Assembly: GCA_964016885.1 (NCBI GenBank)
Contig: OZ024741.1
Coordinates: 154,008,001 to 154,072,000 of the forward strand
Direction of reading: 5' to 3'
Length of the DNA stretch: 64,000 nt
DNA from: Eledone cirrhosa
Lineage: Eukaryota
This document shows positions 15,925-30,398 of this stretch, one piece after another. The notes beneath the pieces are model-generated. The model saw only the letters and a program-made list of their open reading frames with translations. It ran no database searches and was not told the origin of the DNA. The translations under genes were made by a program, and so were the position numbers. The first letter of the stretch is position 1. The number at the start of each line of letters is the position of its first letter.

Positions 15925-17052
15925 TACACACACAGAAATGTATATATATATTTCTGTGTGTGTATATATATATATATATTACACACACAGAAATGTATAT
16001 ATATTTCTTAGAACAAAATTATTATTAATGTTTTGCTGTTCATAACAATTGGAATTGAAAAATTACTTTTGAAATTATTAGTTATTTTACTAATGCTTAG
16101 ATATGTAAAAATGAAGCAATGTTTCTAATAATTGTTTCTACTTTTGGCACAAGGCCAGCAATTACCCAGTACATTACTGGTACTTTATTTTATCGACCCC
16201 CGTGAGGATGAAACGCAAAGTTAACCTCGGCGGTATTTGAACTCAGGCCGTAAAGGGACGTAACTCCATGCTATGAAGCATGGTGTCCGACCCTCTACAG
16301 ATTCTGCCAATCCATCGCCCTAATGTCTGTACGTAATGAGGGAGTGAGAGGGGAGAGAAAGAAAGGCAGAGGTGAAGTGAGGAAATGACTCTCTCCTCCT
16401 CCTCCATCTCCCCATTCGTCACAGCGATAGAGGGGAGGAATGTTAGTGTGTTACAAAGAGAAAGAGTGAGAGAAACAGACAGACTAAAAGAGAGGGATAG
16501 CTGGAGAGAGAGAGAGAGAGATAGCAACAGATACAGTACAGTAGCTAAGGGATGTATATATATTTCTATGTGTATATATATATACATTTCTGTGTGTGTA
16601 ATATATATATATATACACACAGAAATATATATACATTTCTGTGTGTGTAATATATATATATATATACACACACACGGAAATATATATATATTTCTGTGTG
16701 TGTATATATATATATATATATATTACACACAGAGAAATGTATATATATTTCTGTGTGTGTATATATATATATTACACACACAGAAATGTATATATATTTC
16801 TGTGTGTATATATATATATTTCTGTGTGTATATATATATATATTACACACACACAGAAATGTATATATGTTTCTGTAGCACTCCTCAATTCCCGCCCTCT
16901 CTCCCTCCCACTATCCCCCTCTTGTAGTCTGTCTCTTTCTTTCACTCTCACTCTCTCTCTACGCGTCGCGTATACAAAAAACATTCGCACGCGCGCACGT
17001 GTTTCCACTGTCGGACAGACAGAGAAATTGCTGGTTATATATTATAAGGAGA
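15343..17052 (-). mobile_element. Non-autonomous Helitron C, copy 1 (contains a SINE and a palindromic minisatellite)
   Basis: Terminal palindrome CTAGCAGAAAACC...GGTTTTCTGCTAG; shares ~200 bp with 17053 onwards. Confidence 0.7.
16130..16320 (-). mobile_element. Second tRNA-derived SINE family (other copies ~26240-26410, 40930-41080, 49375-49500, 54370-54570, 59270-59570)
   Basis: Minus strand GGCAGAATC...GAGTTCAAATACCGCCGAGGTTAACTTTGCGTTTCATCC...AAGTACCAG. Confidence 0.8.
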
Positions 17053-18034
17053 CTAGCAGAAAACCACCCGGTGGGCGGTTTTCTGCTAGCAAATCTAGTG
17101 TATATACTGATATTGTTGAGATTTGGATGAGAAACGTTTTCGGCACCACATGTTCACCGTCTCTCGGTGTGTCTTTTATGCATGTATAAATATATATGTT
17201 ATCTATACGGTGAAATCTTTGAAATAAATATGTTAAAACGAAAAAGGAGAAAATAAATAACTGGCGGTTAGAAAAAAATATTCCTATGAAATTTTAATCA
17301 TACCATTAGGTGTGAATAAGGAAATATTTTTTTATTGTCAAAACAAATGTTCAAAAGTTAAACTTCAATTTTTTGAATTATTTCCAAATTTTCATGAAAT
17401 TGAACACTGGACATTGGCTGCTGGAAATGGAAATTAAATCGTATTTAATTGTATTTAAATTTCTAACCTTATTTTATTATTTATATTTTTTCAATAAGAA
17501 ATAAAAAAAAACAACAACAAAAATTGAAGAAAAAAATTGAACAAATCAAACGTAGGTTATGGAACTGCGCAATCTGATTAATAAATTAACTCATCAGCAG
17601 CAACCTTCTTCAAATGGTCCTTATTATCAGCAGCAACAACCACAAATTCAATGGCAACCTTCTTCAAATGGTCCTTATTATCAGCAGCAACAACCACAAA
17701 TTCAATGGCAACCTTCTTCAAACCACAAATTCAATGGCAACCTTCTTCGCATCGTGTCAAGTCAGAACCGCCTCGAACTGGTTACTTCTGGCTTGTGCAA
17801 GGTGTCTCTATAGCAACCAGCGATTCCCTCGGCCTCAGTGACCAAAGTCAGTGGAGAGGGGAAGGTAATGTTTCTATAGCACGTGTTTTAGCGTCTATTC
17901 ACTCTCTCTCTCTCTCTCCCGCTATCCCCCTCTCGTAGTCTGTCCCTTTCTTTCACTCTCACTCTCTCTCTACGCACGTGTTTCCACTGTCGGACAGACA
18001 GACAGAGAAATTGCTGGTTATATATATAAGTAGA
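17053..18034 (-). mobile_element. Non-autonomous Helitron C, copy 2
   Basis: Same termini as 15343-17052; head-to-tail junction. Confidence 0.7.
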
Positions 18035-18343
18035 TATATAATACGAAATTCCCCTCTCTTTCTTACTCTGTCTTTTTAGATAGATACATAGCTATAACGT
18101 CGCGCCCATATAATATCTATCTGTATGCCTGCATTGACTTCGTTTCTAACCAACTTTTAATTAATTATATATATATATATATATATATACATAATTATAT
18201 ATTCGTGTACATATTTTCAACAGTAATACTATACTATATATTTTCAACAGTAATATTATACTATACTATATATTTACAACAGTCATACTATACTACACAG
18301 ATGGCTTATTGTATGTTTATCCAAGCGAAGCTAGGTACGTCAG

Positions 18344-18391
<48 letters not shown>

Positions 18392-18776
18392 ATGCCGTAG
18401 AACACGCCAATGGTAACCGAGCGCCAGCCGGACGGGCCAGCTAGTCTATACTAATAAAGCTGACGGACGTATGTATGTAACAAACTTTTCGCCAAACGGC
18501 TGAACCAAACAGCACCAAATTTGCACCATAGATATAACTTTTTCTCAAGTAAGAAAGTGAGGGTATTTTCGTCTACAAATTTGGTTAAAGATTAAAGATA
18601 TTATTAAATATTCACTTCTTTAACATTTTAAATGTCAACACTTCCGGTTATACGACATTCCTCTCTCTTTCTTAGCCTGTCTTTTTAGATAGATACATAG
18701 CTATAACGTCACACCCTCATAATATGTCTCTGTATGTCTGGCTGTCTGCATTACGAAAAACATTGACTTCGCTATA

Positions 18777-18908
<132 letters not shown>

Positions 18909-18944
18909 CATATATATATATATATATATAGTATATATATATAT

Positions 18945-19720
18945 AATTATGAATAAAATAACAGGAGGCTGGACTGGTGTAAATCCTTGAAAAGTTTATT
19001 ATACTATGATCATTTCAATGACCGGGTTCCGTATGAATCCAGTGATATCATCAGGTATTCGAAATATAACAAAGAAATATATAAAAATCCATGGGTCCGA
19101 AAATCAGAGACAGAGCGGATGACTGACCAACTAGCTGCTTTCACCTCGGTCAGTCGCCCTCAAGTGATGGCTATTCGGTCTACTAATGACCATCTGGTGA
19201 AGGGCCGTAGGCTTATATTGTACTACCACCTCTCCGACAGAGAATAAAAAAAGAGAAGAAAGAAAGAAAGAAAACAAGTCAGCGTAAGGGTCACGCTACA
19301 GTCAGTCAAGAAAACGGCGCAAAAAAAGTTATTCCAAAGAACCTATATTTTAACAAAGGCATATACAATGGGTGTCTGTATGTTCAAATGTGTGAACAGA
19401 AAATTGGAACGTTAACTTATGATTTTCGGACCCATGGATTTTTATATATTCCTTTGTTATATTTCAAATACCTGATGATATCACCGGATTCATACGGAAC
19501 CCGGTCATTGAAATGATCATAGTATAATAAACTTTTCAAGGATTTACACCAGTCCAGCCTCCTGTTATTTTATTCATATTAATTAACTCCGTATTCGCAC
19601 CACCAACTACACAAACGAAGACGGGTGAACTGTTGAGTACTTTCCTTAATATTGCATCCAGATTGACCATACGGAATGACCAATTCTATCCGGTGGTGAA
19701 CCAACAAATCTAAATAAATA
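18945..19720 (+). mobile_element. Fold-back Penelope-like pLTR element (arms ~18945-19106 and ~19420-19584)
   Basis: ~160-bp inverted repeat within a TA tract; hammerhead motif in each arm. Confidence 0.75.
19468..19525 (+). ncRNA. Type I hammerhead ribozyme motif (mirror copy at 19001-19058, minus)
   Basis: ATAC-CTGATGA-TATCACCGG...CCGGTCATT-GAAA-TGATCA-TA-GTAT; palindromic stem III ATGATCAT. Confidence 0.8.
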
Positions 19721-20065
19721 TATATATATATATATATATATAGTGTTAGTATCATAATTAAGAGACAGTTTAATTTGTACATTTTATTACAGCATTCCTT
19801 TATACGCATATATACGTATATATACATACATAAACATGTTATTTACAGTTGTATAAAAAAGAAGTATGATTGTTTCTACTTTTGGCACAAGGCCAGCAAT
19901 TATCCCAATACATTACTGGTACTTTATTATATATAATATATATAATACAACATTCCTCTCTCTTTTTAGATAGATACATAGCTATAACGTCGCACCCTTA
20001 TTATATCTGTCTGTATGTCTGCCTGTCTGCATTGACTTCGCTTCTAACCAACTTTTAATTAATTA

Positions 20066-23000
20066 GATAATAGACGTAAATAGAGTGAACGACAGAATAA
20101 TTAAAATAAGACTTGTCCTAAATAGAACTACTGTGACAATAATATCTGCGTACGCACCCCAATCCGGACTACCTGGCGTTATAAAAGACAGATTCTATGA
20201 GTCATTAATGCTCACTACCTCCCAAATAACCGACAGTGACTACATAATTATTGCTGCCGTTGCACAACATTGTGACGGCTATGACGGAATCCATGGAGGC
20301 TATGGGTTTGGTACTAGAAATGAGGAAGGCTCCAGAATTCTGGAATTCTGTGACGCTAATAACCTAACTATCTGTAACACTAACTTCAAAAAACGAGACA
20401 ATCACTTGATCACCTATAGATCAGGGGAACATGCCAGTCAGATAGATTATATCCTTACCAGAAGACGTGACAGAGTGTCTGTTGTAAACACTAAATAAAT
20501 CCCCCATGAAGAATGCACCTCCCAACATAGTTAGCGACCTCATAGTCAGGACAAGACGTACTCGACAACAGAGGAGGACTATCCTCAGGAGAAAAATATG
20601 GAAGCTAAAGTACCCCACAGCCAGTAATAAATTTAAAAGCATATTACTTGATGCTTTCGACAGTAAGGAAGAGCAATTAGAGTCGTTCAATATAGAGGAA
20701 CAGTGGGAATTCCTGAAAGCTAACCTGCTGAAGGCGACAGATGAAATCTGTGGCTGGAGCAGACCTATAGGCAGGAGGAGAGTAACGTGGTGGTGGAACA
20801 CTAAGGTGGAGGAGTCAATCAAGGCCAAAAAGCAGGCTTGGAAAGTATGGCGGGATGGAGGAAGTAGAGAAGACTATCAAGTGGCCAGGAGGGAAGCTAG
20901 GAGACAAGTGTACTTCGCAAGAAGGGAAACAGAGAAAAGAAAGTTCAAGCATGTTCTACAACGCGAGGACCAAAAACGTGAGGTGTTCAGGATTGCTAGG
21001 CAATGTGTCAAGGAAAACCGTGATATTGTCGGGGAGTGTGTCTTTAATGATGATGGTGTACTTGCCATCACTGACGCTAAGAAGGTAGCTTGGAAGTGTC
21101 ACTACGAAAGGCTACTAAATGAGGAGAATAAATGGGAAAAAGACAGTCTCCCCCACATCGATCCAATAGAGGGACCAGCAGTGCAAGTTGAAGGTAGCAT
21201 AATAAGTAAGGCAATCAGAGATATGAAGATGGGCAAGGCGGCTGGGCCTTCGGAAATAGTTGCTGAAATGCTGAAAGCATACTCTTGAACGGTGGGACAC
21301 GCTATGGTCACCTGGATAGTAAACCAAGTCATACAGAATGGGGTCGTACCGAAGGACTGGCATAGCAGCATCATCATTAACTGCTACAAGGGTAAAGGAG
21401 ATGCTCTAGATAGGGGAAACTATATAGGCATTAAATTAATTGACCAGGTCATGAAGGTCACAGAAAAAGTAATAGCGCCACTAATCAGAGAGCGAATTGA
21501 TCTGGATGAAATGCAGTTCGGGTTTGTGTCAGGTAAAAGTACCACAGACGCTCTTTTCATTGTACGACAACTACAGGAGAAGTACCTAGCTAAAAGTAAA
21601 CCCCTATACTTAGCTTTTGTTGACTTGGAGAAAGCCTTTGACAGAGTCCCACGCCCCATTATCTGGTGGGCTCTCAGAAAACTAGGTGTTGATGAATGGC
21701 TTGTAAGAGCTATACAAGCCATGTATAAAGAAACAGTCAGCAAGGTTAGAATTAACAACGAATATAGTGAAGAGTTTAGTGTAAAGGTTGGTGTTCATCA
21801 GGGCTCCGTCCTTAGCCCCCTACTATTTATTATTGCCCTTCAGGCTATAACAGAGGAGTTATTGCCCATGGGAACTCCTATACGCTGATGATCTAACGTT
21901 TATAGCTGAATCAATGGTTGAACTAGAGAAGAAATTCCAAACATGGAAGCATGGCCTAGAATCAAAAGGCCTTAAAATTAACCTGTCTAAGACTAAAGTT
22001 CTAGTATGTAGGAAGGAAAATAGGGCACTGGTCCCATCTGGGAAATGGCCATGCTCAGTGTGTAGGAAAGGAGTAGGCAGAAACTCCATTTTATGTCCCA
22101 AATGCAAAGTACGGGTGCATAAAAGATGTAGTGGGATCACAGGTAAGCTAACTAAGAACATAGATTTTATATGTGGCCGGTGCTCAGGTGCAATAAGTAA
22201 CAGCAAGTGCCCACAGAATACTAGCTCATTCCATTGCACAGATGGTTCTATAGAAATAGTGGACACCTTCTGTTACCTGGGTGACAAAATCAGCAGTGGT
22301 GGAGGGTGCTCTGAAAGTACAGTAGCTAGAGTCAGAACAGGATGGAAAAAGTTCAGAGAGCTTATACCACTATTGGCTGCTAAAGGTTTCTCTCTAAAAA
22401 TGAAAGGCAGGCTGTATGATGCCTGCATACGAACAGCAATGTTAGATGGCAGTGAGACTTGGGCTTTACGTGCAGAGGATCTACGCAGACTGGAGAGGAA
22501 CGAAGCTTGCATGCTCCGTTGGATGTGTAATAGTAATATACATGAACGGCAAAGCATAAATGAACTAAGTGAGAAATTAGGAATAAGAGGGATCAGATGA
22601 TGTTTACTCGAGAGAAGACTACGTTGGTATGGTCACGTGATGCGCATGAAAGACGACAGCTGTATAAAAAAGTGCAGGGCGATCAAAATAGACGGTAGCC
22701 ATGGAGTAGGCAGACCCAGAAAAACCTGGGACGACTTGATAAATTCCGACCTCACACACTTACACCTCTCCAAGACAATGTCACTGGACCGAGATCTTTG
22801 GCGCTACGCAGTAATACAGAAGACCCGCCTTGCCTAAGTGCAAAGTGAAACCTACAGTCAGTAGGCACCTCTTACCAAAATACACCCCCGTCCCACTACC
22901 TCTACCCCATCCACACCACCCCTTTCGATGTAAAGTTATGTTGGTACCACAACATCCAGTCCTAAATAAATGAGGTCGTGTAGGTGTTACGACAAAAAAA

Positions 23001-23225
23001 CTCACAGTCCACACTGTAATGTGGCCATGTAGGTAACACGGTAAAAACCCAGTCCACACTGTAAACGTGGTTGGTGTTAGGAAGGGCATCCAGCCATAGA
23101 AAACCTGCCAGACAGTCCTATTCGAGCAAGACAACCAATCTTGCCTCAAGTGAGAAAATTCCCGTCCAAACCCATGCTAGCGTGGAAGATGGACGTTAAA
23201 TGATGATGATGATGATGATGATGAT
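20066..23225 (+). mobile_element. Longest family-1 RTE LINE copy (APE endonuclease fragment + RT, disrupted)
   Basis: ISAYAPQ, GGYGFGTRN, SQIDYIL (APE); RT motifs 21292-22837; (GAT)n tail. Confidence 0.95.
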
Positions 23226-23255
23226 ATATATATATATAATTATATATTCGTGTAC

Positions 23256-24700
23256 ATATTTTCAACAGTAATACTATACTTTATATTTTCAACAGTAATA
23301 CTGTACTATATATTTTCAACATTAATACTATACTATATATTTTCAACAGTTATACTATATATTTTCAACAGTAATACTATACTATATATTTTCAACAGTA
23401 ATACTGTACTATATATTTTCAACATTAATACTATACTATATATTTTCAACAGTAATACTGTACTATATATTTTCAACATTAATACTATACTATATATTTT
23501 CAACAGTAATACTATACTATATATTTTCAACAGTAATACTGTACTATATATTTTCAACATTAATACTATACTATATATTTTCAACAGTAATACTGTACTA
23601 TATATTTTCAACATTAATACTATACTATATATTTTCAACAGTTATACTATATATTTTCAACAGTAATACTATACTATATATTTTCAACAGTAATACTGTA
23701 CTATATATTTTCAACATTAATACTATACTATATATTTTCAACAGTAATACTGTACTATATATTTTCAACATTAATACTATACTATATATTTTCAACAGTT
23801 ATACTATATATTTTCAACAGTAATACTATACTATATATTTTCAACAGTAATACTGTACTATATATTTTCAACATTAATACTATACTATATATTTTCAACA
23901 GTAATACTGTACTATATATTTTCAACATTAATACTATACTATATATTTTCAACAGTTATACTATATATTTTCAACAGTAATACTATACTATATATTTTCA
24001 ACAGTAATACTGTACTATATATTTTCAACATTAATACTATACTATATATTTTCAACAGTAATACTGTACTATATATTTTCAACATTAATACTATACTATA
24101 TATTTTCAACAGTTATACTATATATTTTCAACAGTAATACTATACTATATATTTTCAACAGTAATACTGTACTATATATTTTCAACATTAATACTATACT
24201 ATATATTTTCAACAGTAATACTGTACTATATATTTTCAACATTAATACTATACTATATATTTTCAACAGTTATACTATATATTTTCAACAGTAATACTAT
24301 ACTATATATATTTTCAACAGTAATACTGTACTATATATTTTCAACATTAATACTATACTATATATTTTCAACAGTTATACTATATATTTTCAACAGTAAT
24401 ACTATACTTTATATTTTCAACAGTAATACTGTACTATATATTTTCAACATTAATACTATACTATATATTTTCAACAGTAATACTATACTATATATTTTCA
24501 ACAGTAATACTGTACTATATATTTTCAACATTAATACTATACTATATATTTTCAACAGTTATACTATATATTTTCAACAGTAATACTATACTTTATATTT
24601 TCAACAGTAATACTGTACTATATATTTTCAACATTAATACTATACTATATATTTTCAACAGTTATACTATACTATATATTTTCAACAGTAATACTATACT
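23256..24700. repeat. 27-bp minisatellite (TATTTTCAACAGTAATACTATACTATA) with higher-order pattern
   Basis: About 55 tandem units with recurring variants (CAGTAATACTG, CATTAATACTA, and a short CAGTTATAC unit). Confidence 0.95.
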
Positions 24701-24821
24701 ACACAGACGGCTTGTCTGTTTATCCAAGTGAAGCTAGGTACGTCAGCTATATATCTATATATATCTGGATGCCGTAGAACACGCAAATGGTAGCCGGGCG
24801 CCAGCCGGACAAGCCAGCTAG

Positions 24822-25464
24822 TATATAATATAAAAGAAACATATTTATTGGTTGAATCACATGGAAACTACACACACACACATCTAAAGAGAAAGAGACA
24901 CAGAGGGAGAGACAGAAAAAGAAAGATAGGCCGTTATACAGAGAGAGATACAATTAAAGTGTTAGATATTCAGAGAGAGAGAGAGAGAGAGAGAGTGACG
25001 TCCTACAAAAGTATCATGTGAAGGTTTAACAATATTGCGTTAGCTTTTATAAAGTCGTTTTACAGTCTTTGATTTTACAGAACAAAGGAAAATTGATACT
25101 ATTTGAAAATAATCTACCCTCCAGCTTTTATCCATATACTACTTACAGTCCGTACTAACGAAGCTAAACATTTCAGAAGCAATGTTATGCAGTATATTGC
25201 TGTGTTTCAGATGACGTCCTTTGGAGCTGAAAAAGATCATACTGACTATGGTTATTTCACAACTTTTAAAATCCAAGGCCAATGCTGCCATTTAATTGGC
25301 AGTTTACTCTCCCAGCCTAATAAGGAAGTTTTATGATTGCTTTTTTTATGTCTTACACACACATTACGGTCTCACCTCATACCAGACAATGCATCCAATA
25401 CAGTCGTTTTCTCTTTTATCCGTCTTCTCTTAACTGTTCTGGCGAAGCTGGGTACCTCAGCTAG
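24822..25464 (+). mobile_element. Helitron deletion derivative with an N-terminal RepHel fragment
   Basis: ORF 25103-25336 FQMTSFGA...TFKIQGQ..H.IGSLL; ends GGCGAAGCTGGGTACCTCAGCTAG|T. Confidence 0.8.
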
Positions 25465-25904
25465 TGTGAGATAAAGCCTTTACTGTGAAAATACAGTAGT
25501 AAATATAGAATAATGTAAATGCTAAAGGGTTAAACATATTTAGAGAGAATGTAATTCAACTTGTTGGTGAAACATCTATATTTAATCAATAGGAATAAGA
25601 AAAAATTTCTATAAAAGCTGAAGCTATTAGAGACTGAACTCAATGATTTCTTAGAGAATAATCCATGATGGTTAACAGCTCAAATTCCATGTATCATCTT
25701 TCTCTTTGTTTCCTTTCCCTTTCTCTTCTGTTTTTCTATAACCGATATAATTCTGCACACCTTTTTAATAAGCGTCTTTCCTTCTGTCAAGATTTTAGCT
25801 TCTTCTTTGTCTATATTGACATAAAATGGTATCCATAAACATGAATGACAATGTGTGTGTTTGAACTTTCATCAGTTCTGAGAATAAATGTTCCAGTTGT
25901 TTGA

Positions 25905-26150
25905 TCAATGGGACTCCCTGCTCATGAAATCAACATGCAAGTGGCTAGGTATTCCACAGACACGTGTACTATTAACGTAGATCTCAGGGAGATTTAGTGT
26001 GACACAGTGTGTAACAAACCTGGTCTTTTGAATCACAGATACAACTAAATTTTCCAGGAGAGTGGATTGAAGAAATGTGAAATAAAGTGTCTTACTCAAG
26101 GACACAACTCACCGATCACGAATACCAAATCCTAACCATTAAGCGATGTA
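25905..26150 (-). mobile_element. Degenerate SINE
   Basis: Core TGTGAAATAAAGTGTCTTACTCAAGGACACAAC shared with the other SINEs. Confidence 0.6.
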
Positions 26151-26814
26151 CATTAGTATAAATGGCTATACTTTCTTACTGAGACCAATTTGTTATACGG
26201 TAAACAGTGAGTGGCCATATTATTGAATTAAATAGAAGGATGGTGGATTGTAATATCTAGTGATGGCTCTTTACATTCTGAGTTTAAATCCTGCTGATGT
26301 CAACTTTTTCAAGAGTGATAAAAAAAAGTACCAGTAAAGTATTGAAGTTAGTATAACTGACTTAACCTTCCCTGCAAATAGCTGGCTTTGTGTGTAAATT
26401 CGAAATCATTATTAAATTAAACAGAAGTTTTTGTTTGATTGAAAACATTTTAAAGAAAAATAGATTAAGATCCAACAACAGGTGGTGTAATTTGAAGGAA
26501 AAATATGTGAAAACAAAAATAATATCTTGAAGAAATCTCTCTGATTGTAGATATATGAAACTGAGTGGAGAAAATTTCAGGATATTAGTTTTAGAAAACA
26601 GCTAGTTAATTAAGTTTAAGGGAAATTAAATACAAAAACAAACACAAATATAGTGAACACAACCCCAGTGGATGCATTTAAAAAGGTTATGAATCATAAT
26701 AGTCTGACAAAATATAATTTTAGACATTAACATTTCAAATCATAATAATCATTACACAATATAGTTAGTGTGCGTATGTTCTTTCTTTCTCTTAATTTTC
26801 TGTTTATTTTTGAT

Positions 26815-27780
26815 CAGCCACCTTCCTATTGGCAAGGTTCTAAAGAAAAGGAAACTGTCGTCGTCCATTGTGTAAGCATTCATCCGTTCAATCGTAAGAA
26901 TGTTTTGTAAATTTTGAAAGTTCCAGATATCATAGCCATTTGTAGCTTATGAATTAAGGAGCTACATTCTTTCACCACAAACCCAAGTTCAGTTATACTT
27001 TGGTTGGTATATAACCTGTAACTCTGATAATAATGGGTATGAAGCTGAATGTGTATCTTGGATACTGGATCTGCAAATTCCCTGTCAATGGTTTGCAGAT
27101 ATCCTCTTTCTCTTGCATTTTTCTTACCACATTGACATCAAGTGGGCAGTGGACTTCTACAACAGAGCATGTTTTTAATGTGTGGTCCCAATCAACAATA
27201 TCAGGCCGGTTGTGATTTAATTTGGTGGCAGTTTTTATTTTTAGGTTCTAGCAGCATTCCTTTGAGCCATCAGTCTCAACATATTCCTCCCTATTTGATT
27301 TGATTTTCGTCTTCCGTAATACATTCCAGATTGCTCTAATTATCACATTATGCCTCATGGCGAGTTTATAACGAGAAAACATTCTTTCACAGTTGGCAAC
27401 ATCTTACATTTATTGTCAGTTGATGACCTTCCTCTTTTGTGCAGTAGGTACTTGGTGAAGATTTCTTGTTCTTGGATTGCTTGGAGGGATCCTCAAGGTG
27501 GGAAGTTATGAACTTGTTGGCATTGAGTAGTCTTCCAATGTTCCTGGGAGAGAGATTTGTATCAGGTTTTAATTCATGTCTCTCTTCCAGATCAGTGGCT
27601 ATCCTAACAATATTATTATCTTGATGCTTATAAACCTGGATGAGATAGCTGCTGACCTGTTTCCTCTGTTGACCTGTTTCCTCATATGATGTTGATATGG
27701 ATTTTATGCCCTGACCACCTTCCTTGCATGAGAAATATAGCTTATCTACATCACCATTGATGGCTCACTAATTCCATGTT
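26815..27780 (-). pseudogene. Decayed RLE-type (R4-like) LINE 3' region
   Basis: Minus-strand NHNRPDIV endonuclease motif at ~27190-27220; frames disrupted. Confidence 0.55.
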
Positions 27781-28069
27781 ATTGTAACGGCAGGCCATTC
27801 TCACCATTACAATAACAGAGAATAGGCAGGCCATCCCAAAATCAAAATTGGTCCTCTATTTTCTATTTTCTATTCTGTTTGTGTTCGCCAAAATCCTGTT
27901 CTCTTATATAACTAATACTGCAATTAACACCTAATGAAATCACCTGGGTCTTGCATCATATTTGGATGATGAAGTTGGGCCATTGAATCATGTATAGTGT
28001 TTTCACGGAATTAAAATCATAAAGTTTCCAGTCCGCCCTTCTGTGTTGTTTTTAATGAATATTTCACTC

Positions 28070-29545
28070 CATTGTGATATAACAGAAGATGTAATGTCAG
28101 CCATTGAAGAAATAAAAGCAAACTCAGCTGCTGGACCTGATGGATTTCCAGCAATCCTCCCCAAAACATGCAAGTGTACCTTAGCAAGATCACTGAAGAT
28201 CCTCTTCAGAAGTTCTCTGGCTAGCAGTAGACTATCCAGAGAGCTAAAATGAGGCATAATATGCCCTAGCCATAAAGGAGGAAGCAGAGCAGAGATTGAA
28301 AACTACAGGCCAGTCTCCCTGACCTCACATATCAGTAAGGTCATGGAACGAATCATCAGAAAGAAACTGATCACATTCCTCGAGAAAAATGACCTCCTAA
28401 CTAGTACACAGCATGGCTTTTATCTGGGAAGAAGCTGCCTTACACAGCTCTTACAACACTACGACTAGGTACTGAAACAGCTGCTGGACTACTCAAATGG
28501 GGATGAGATATATCTTAACATGGTCGACCATGGGATGATATGTCACAAACTACACAGATTCGGCATAGTTGGAAAATTAGGTGAGTGGCTGCATGACTTC
28601 TTAAAAGACAGAAACCAGACTGTTGCAGTCAATGGGGACTTCTCAAAGGAAACATCAATAACAGTGGAGTGCCTCAGGAGACTGTCTTAGGACCACTACT
28701 GTTTTTGGTTGCTTTTTCAGACATGCCCTCTGTAGTACATACAAAATCCCTCACCAGCTATGCTGATGACACAAAGGTAGTGCAGGTAATCAAGAACCCG
28801 GCTGATGCTACTCTTTTACAACAAGATCTGGATGCCATATAGAAATGGGTTGAGGACAAAAATATGCAATTTAATGCTGGAAATTTTCAAGTCCTACGAT
28901 ATCCACCTGCAAACTCCAAGAACAGTATAACACAGCTACACCAGACCAGGAGGGATCGAAATCCCCATGTCGAAATCGATATGAGACCTGGGTATAGACA
29001 TGATCAATGATGCATCGTTTCATTCACACATCATGAAAATGGTGACAATGACCAGATGACTTGATGGCTGGATCTTAAGGGGTTTCAAGACAAGAGACCA
29101 AGAAACCATGTTGGTACTATGGAGGACATTTGTCATAAGCTGACTTGACTATTGCTCCCAGCTGTGGTCACCCCTTAGTGTCAAACTAACCACAAAGCTT
29201 GAAGCAATCCAGTGAAGCTACACCAAAATGATTTCTATGATGAAGGAGATGAGCTACTGGGAGAGGCTAAAAGAACTAAAACACTACTCCTTGGTATGAA
29301 GGCAGGAGTGGTATGCAGTGATATACATATGGAAGATCCTGGATGGGCTAGCCCCAAACTTTGGCATTGAGAACTGAACCAACCCTCGAACAGGATGTCA
29401 CTGTATAGTGCCAAAGGTCCCATCTTTCACATCTAGAGTAAGGAGCAGATACAGCAATAACCTGGGGTTCAAAGGCCCCCAACTCTTTAATAAGCTGCCA
29501 AGAAACCTGGGAGATCTACATGGTGTGGACATGGATGTTTTCAAG
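28070..29545 (+). pseudogene. Decayed CR1/Jockey-group LINE RT
   Basis: SAAGPDGFPA, NYRPVSLTSHISKVMERII, QHGF, YADD, PQLFNKLP. Confidence 0.85.
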
Positions 29546-29674
29546 AAACCTGCAATGTTCAGTTCGGCTCTTTGTTTTAAATTTGGTCTTCTCTTAACGT
29601 TCGCTTGTCGTCTCATATTTCCTTTGTATGTCTCTCTCTCTGTCTATATAGCATGATATATATATATATATTAT

Positions 29675-29897
29675 AGGGTAATATGACAGGAGGCAAACAG
29701 GTTGTATTCCTTTAGATTTTTTTACTGCAAACATTATGCACATTTCAGTGGTCAGGTTACGTATGAAACCAGTGAGATCATCAGGTGTATAATTGCATAA
29801 TAGTTAGGAAGAAACTGAAAGAAAAAACGAGAATGAAAAACATTTTTTTTTTTTTTTTACTCAGAGCTAATTGAATGCCCTGTTCTCGTTCGAGCGG

Positions 29898-29900
<3 letters not shown>
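29675..29900 (-). mobile_element. pLTR fragment related to 18945-19106, with a degenerate hammerhead at 29731-29788
   Basis: Minus strand ACAC-CTGATGA-TCTCACTGG...CACT-GAAA-TGTGCA-TA-ATGT; TA-flanked. Confidence 0.65.
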
Positions 29901-29944
<44 letters not shown>

Positions 29945-29947
<3 letters not shown>

Positions 29948-30345
29948 TCATCATCATCGTTTAACGTCCATCTTCCACGCTTGCATGGGTTTGGACGGGA
30001 GTTTTCCCACTTGAGGCAAGATTGGTTGTCCTGCTCGTATAGGACTGTCTGGCGGGTTTTCTACGGCTGGATGCCCTTCCTAACACCAACCACGTTTACA
30101 GTGTGGACTGGGAGGTTTTTACCATGTTTCCTACACGGCCACATTACAGCGTGGACTGTGTGTTTTTTTGTCGTGACACCTACACGTCTGGCGGGTTTTC
30201 TACGGCTGGGTGCCCTTCCCAACACCAACCACGTTTACAGTGTGTACTGGGAGGTTTTTGTCGTGACACCTACACGACCTCATTTGTTTCGGACTGGATG
30301 TTGTGGTACCAACATAACTTCACATTTAAGGGGGTGGTGTGGTTG

Positions 30346-30347
<2 letters not shown>
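29945..30347 (-). mobile_element. Family-1 RTE 3' UTR fragment with an internal duplication
   Basis: Matches 1222-1530; TA tracts on both sides. Confidence 0.9.

Positions 30348-30395
<48 letters not shown>

Positions 30396-30398
<3 letters not shown>

Larger units (their letters stand above)
13830..18444 (+). mobile_element. Non-autonomous Helitron A, copy 1 (hosts minus-strand Helitrons at 14443-18034)
   Basis: 5' A|TCTATCTATATTATAAAGCTGAC; 3' GC-rich hairpin region then CAGCTAG|T. Confidence 0.8.

Noticed and set aside
23256-24700. CRISPR-like regular repeats
   Set aside because: No unique spacers and no cas genes; a plain tandem minisatellite in eukaryotic DNA
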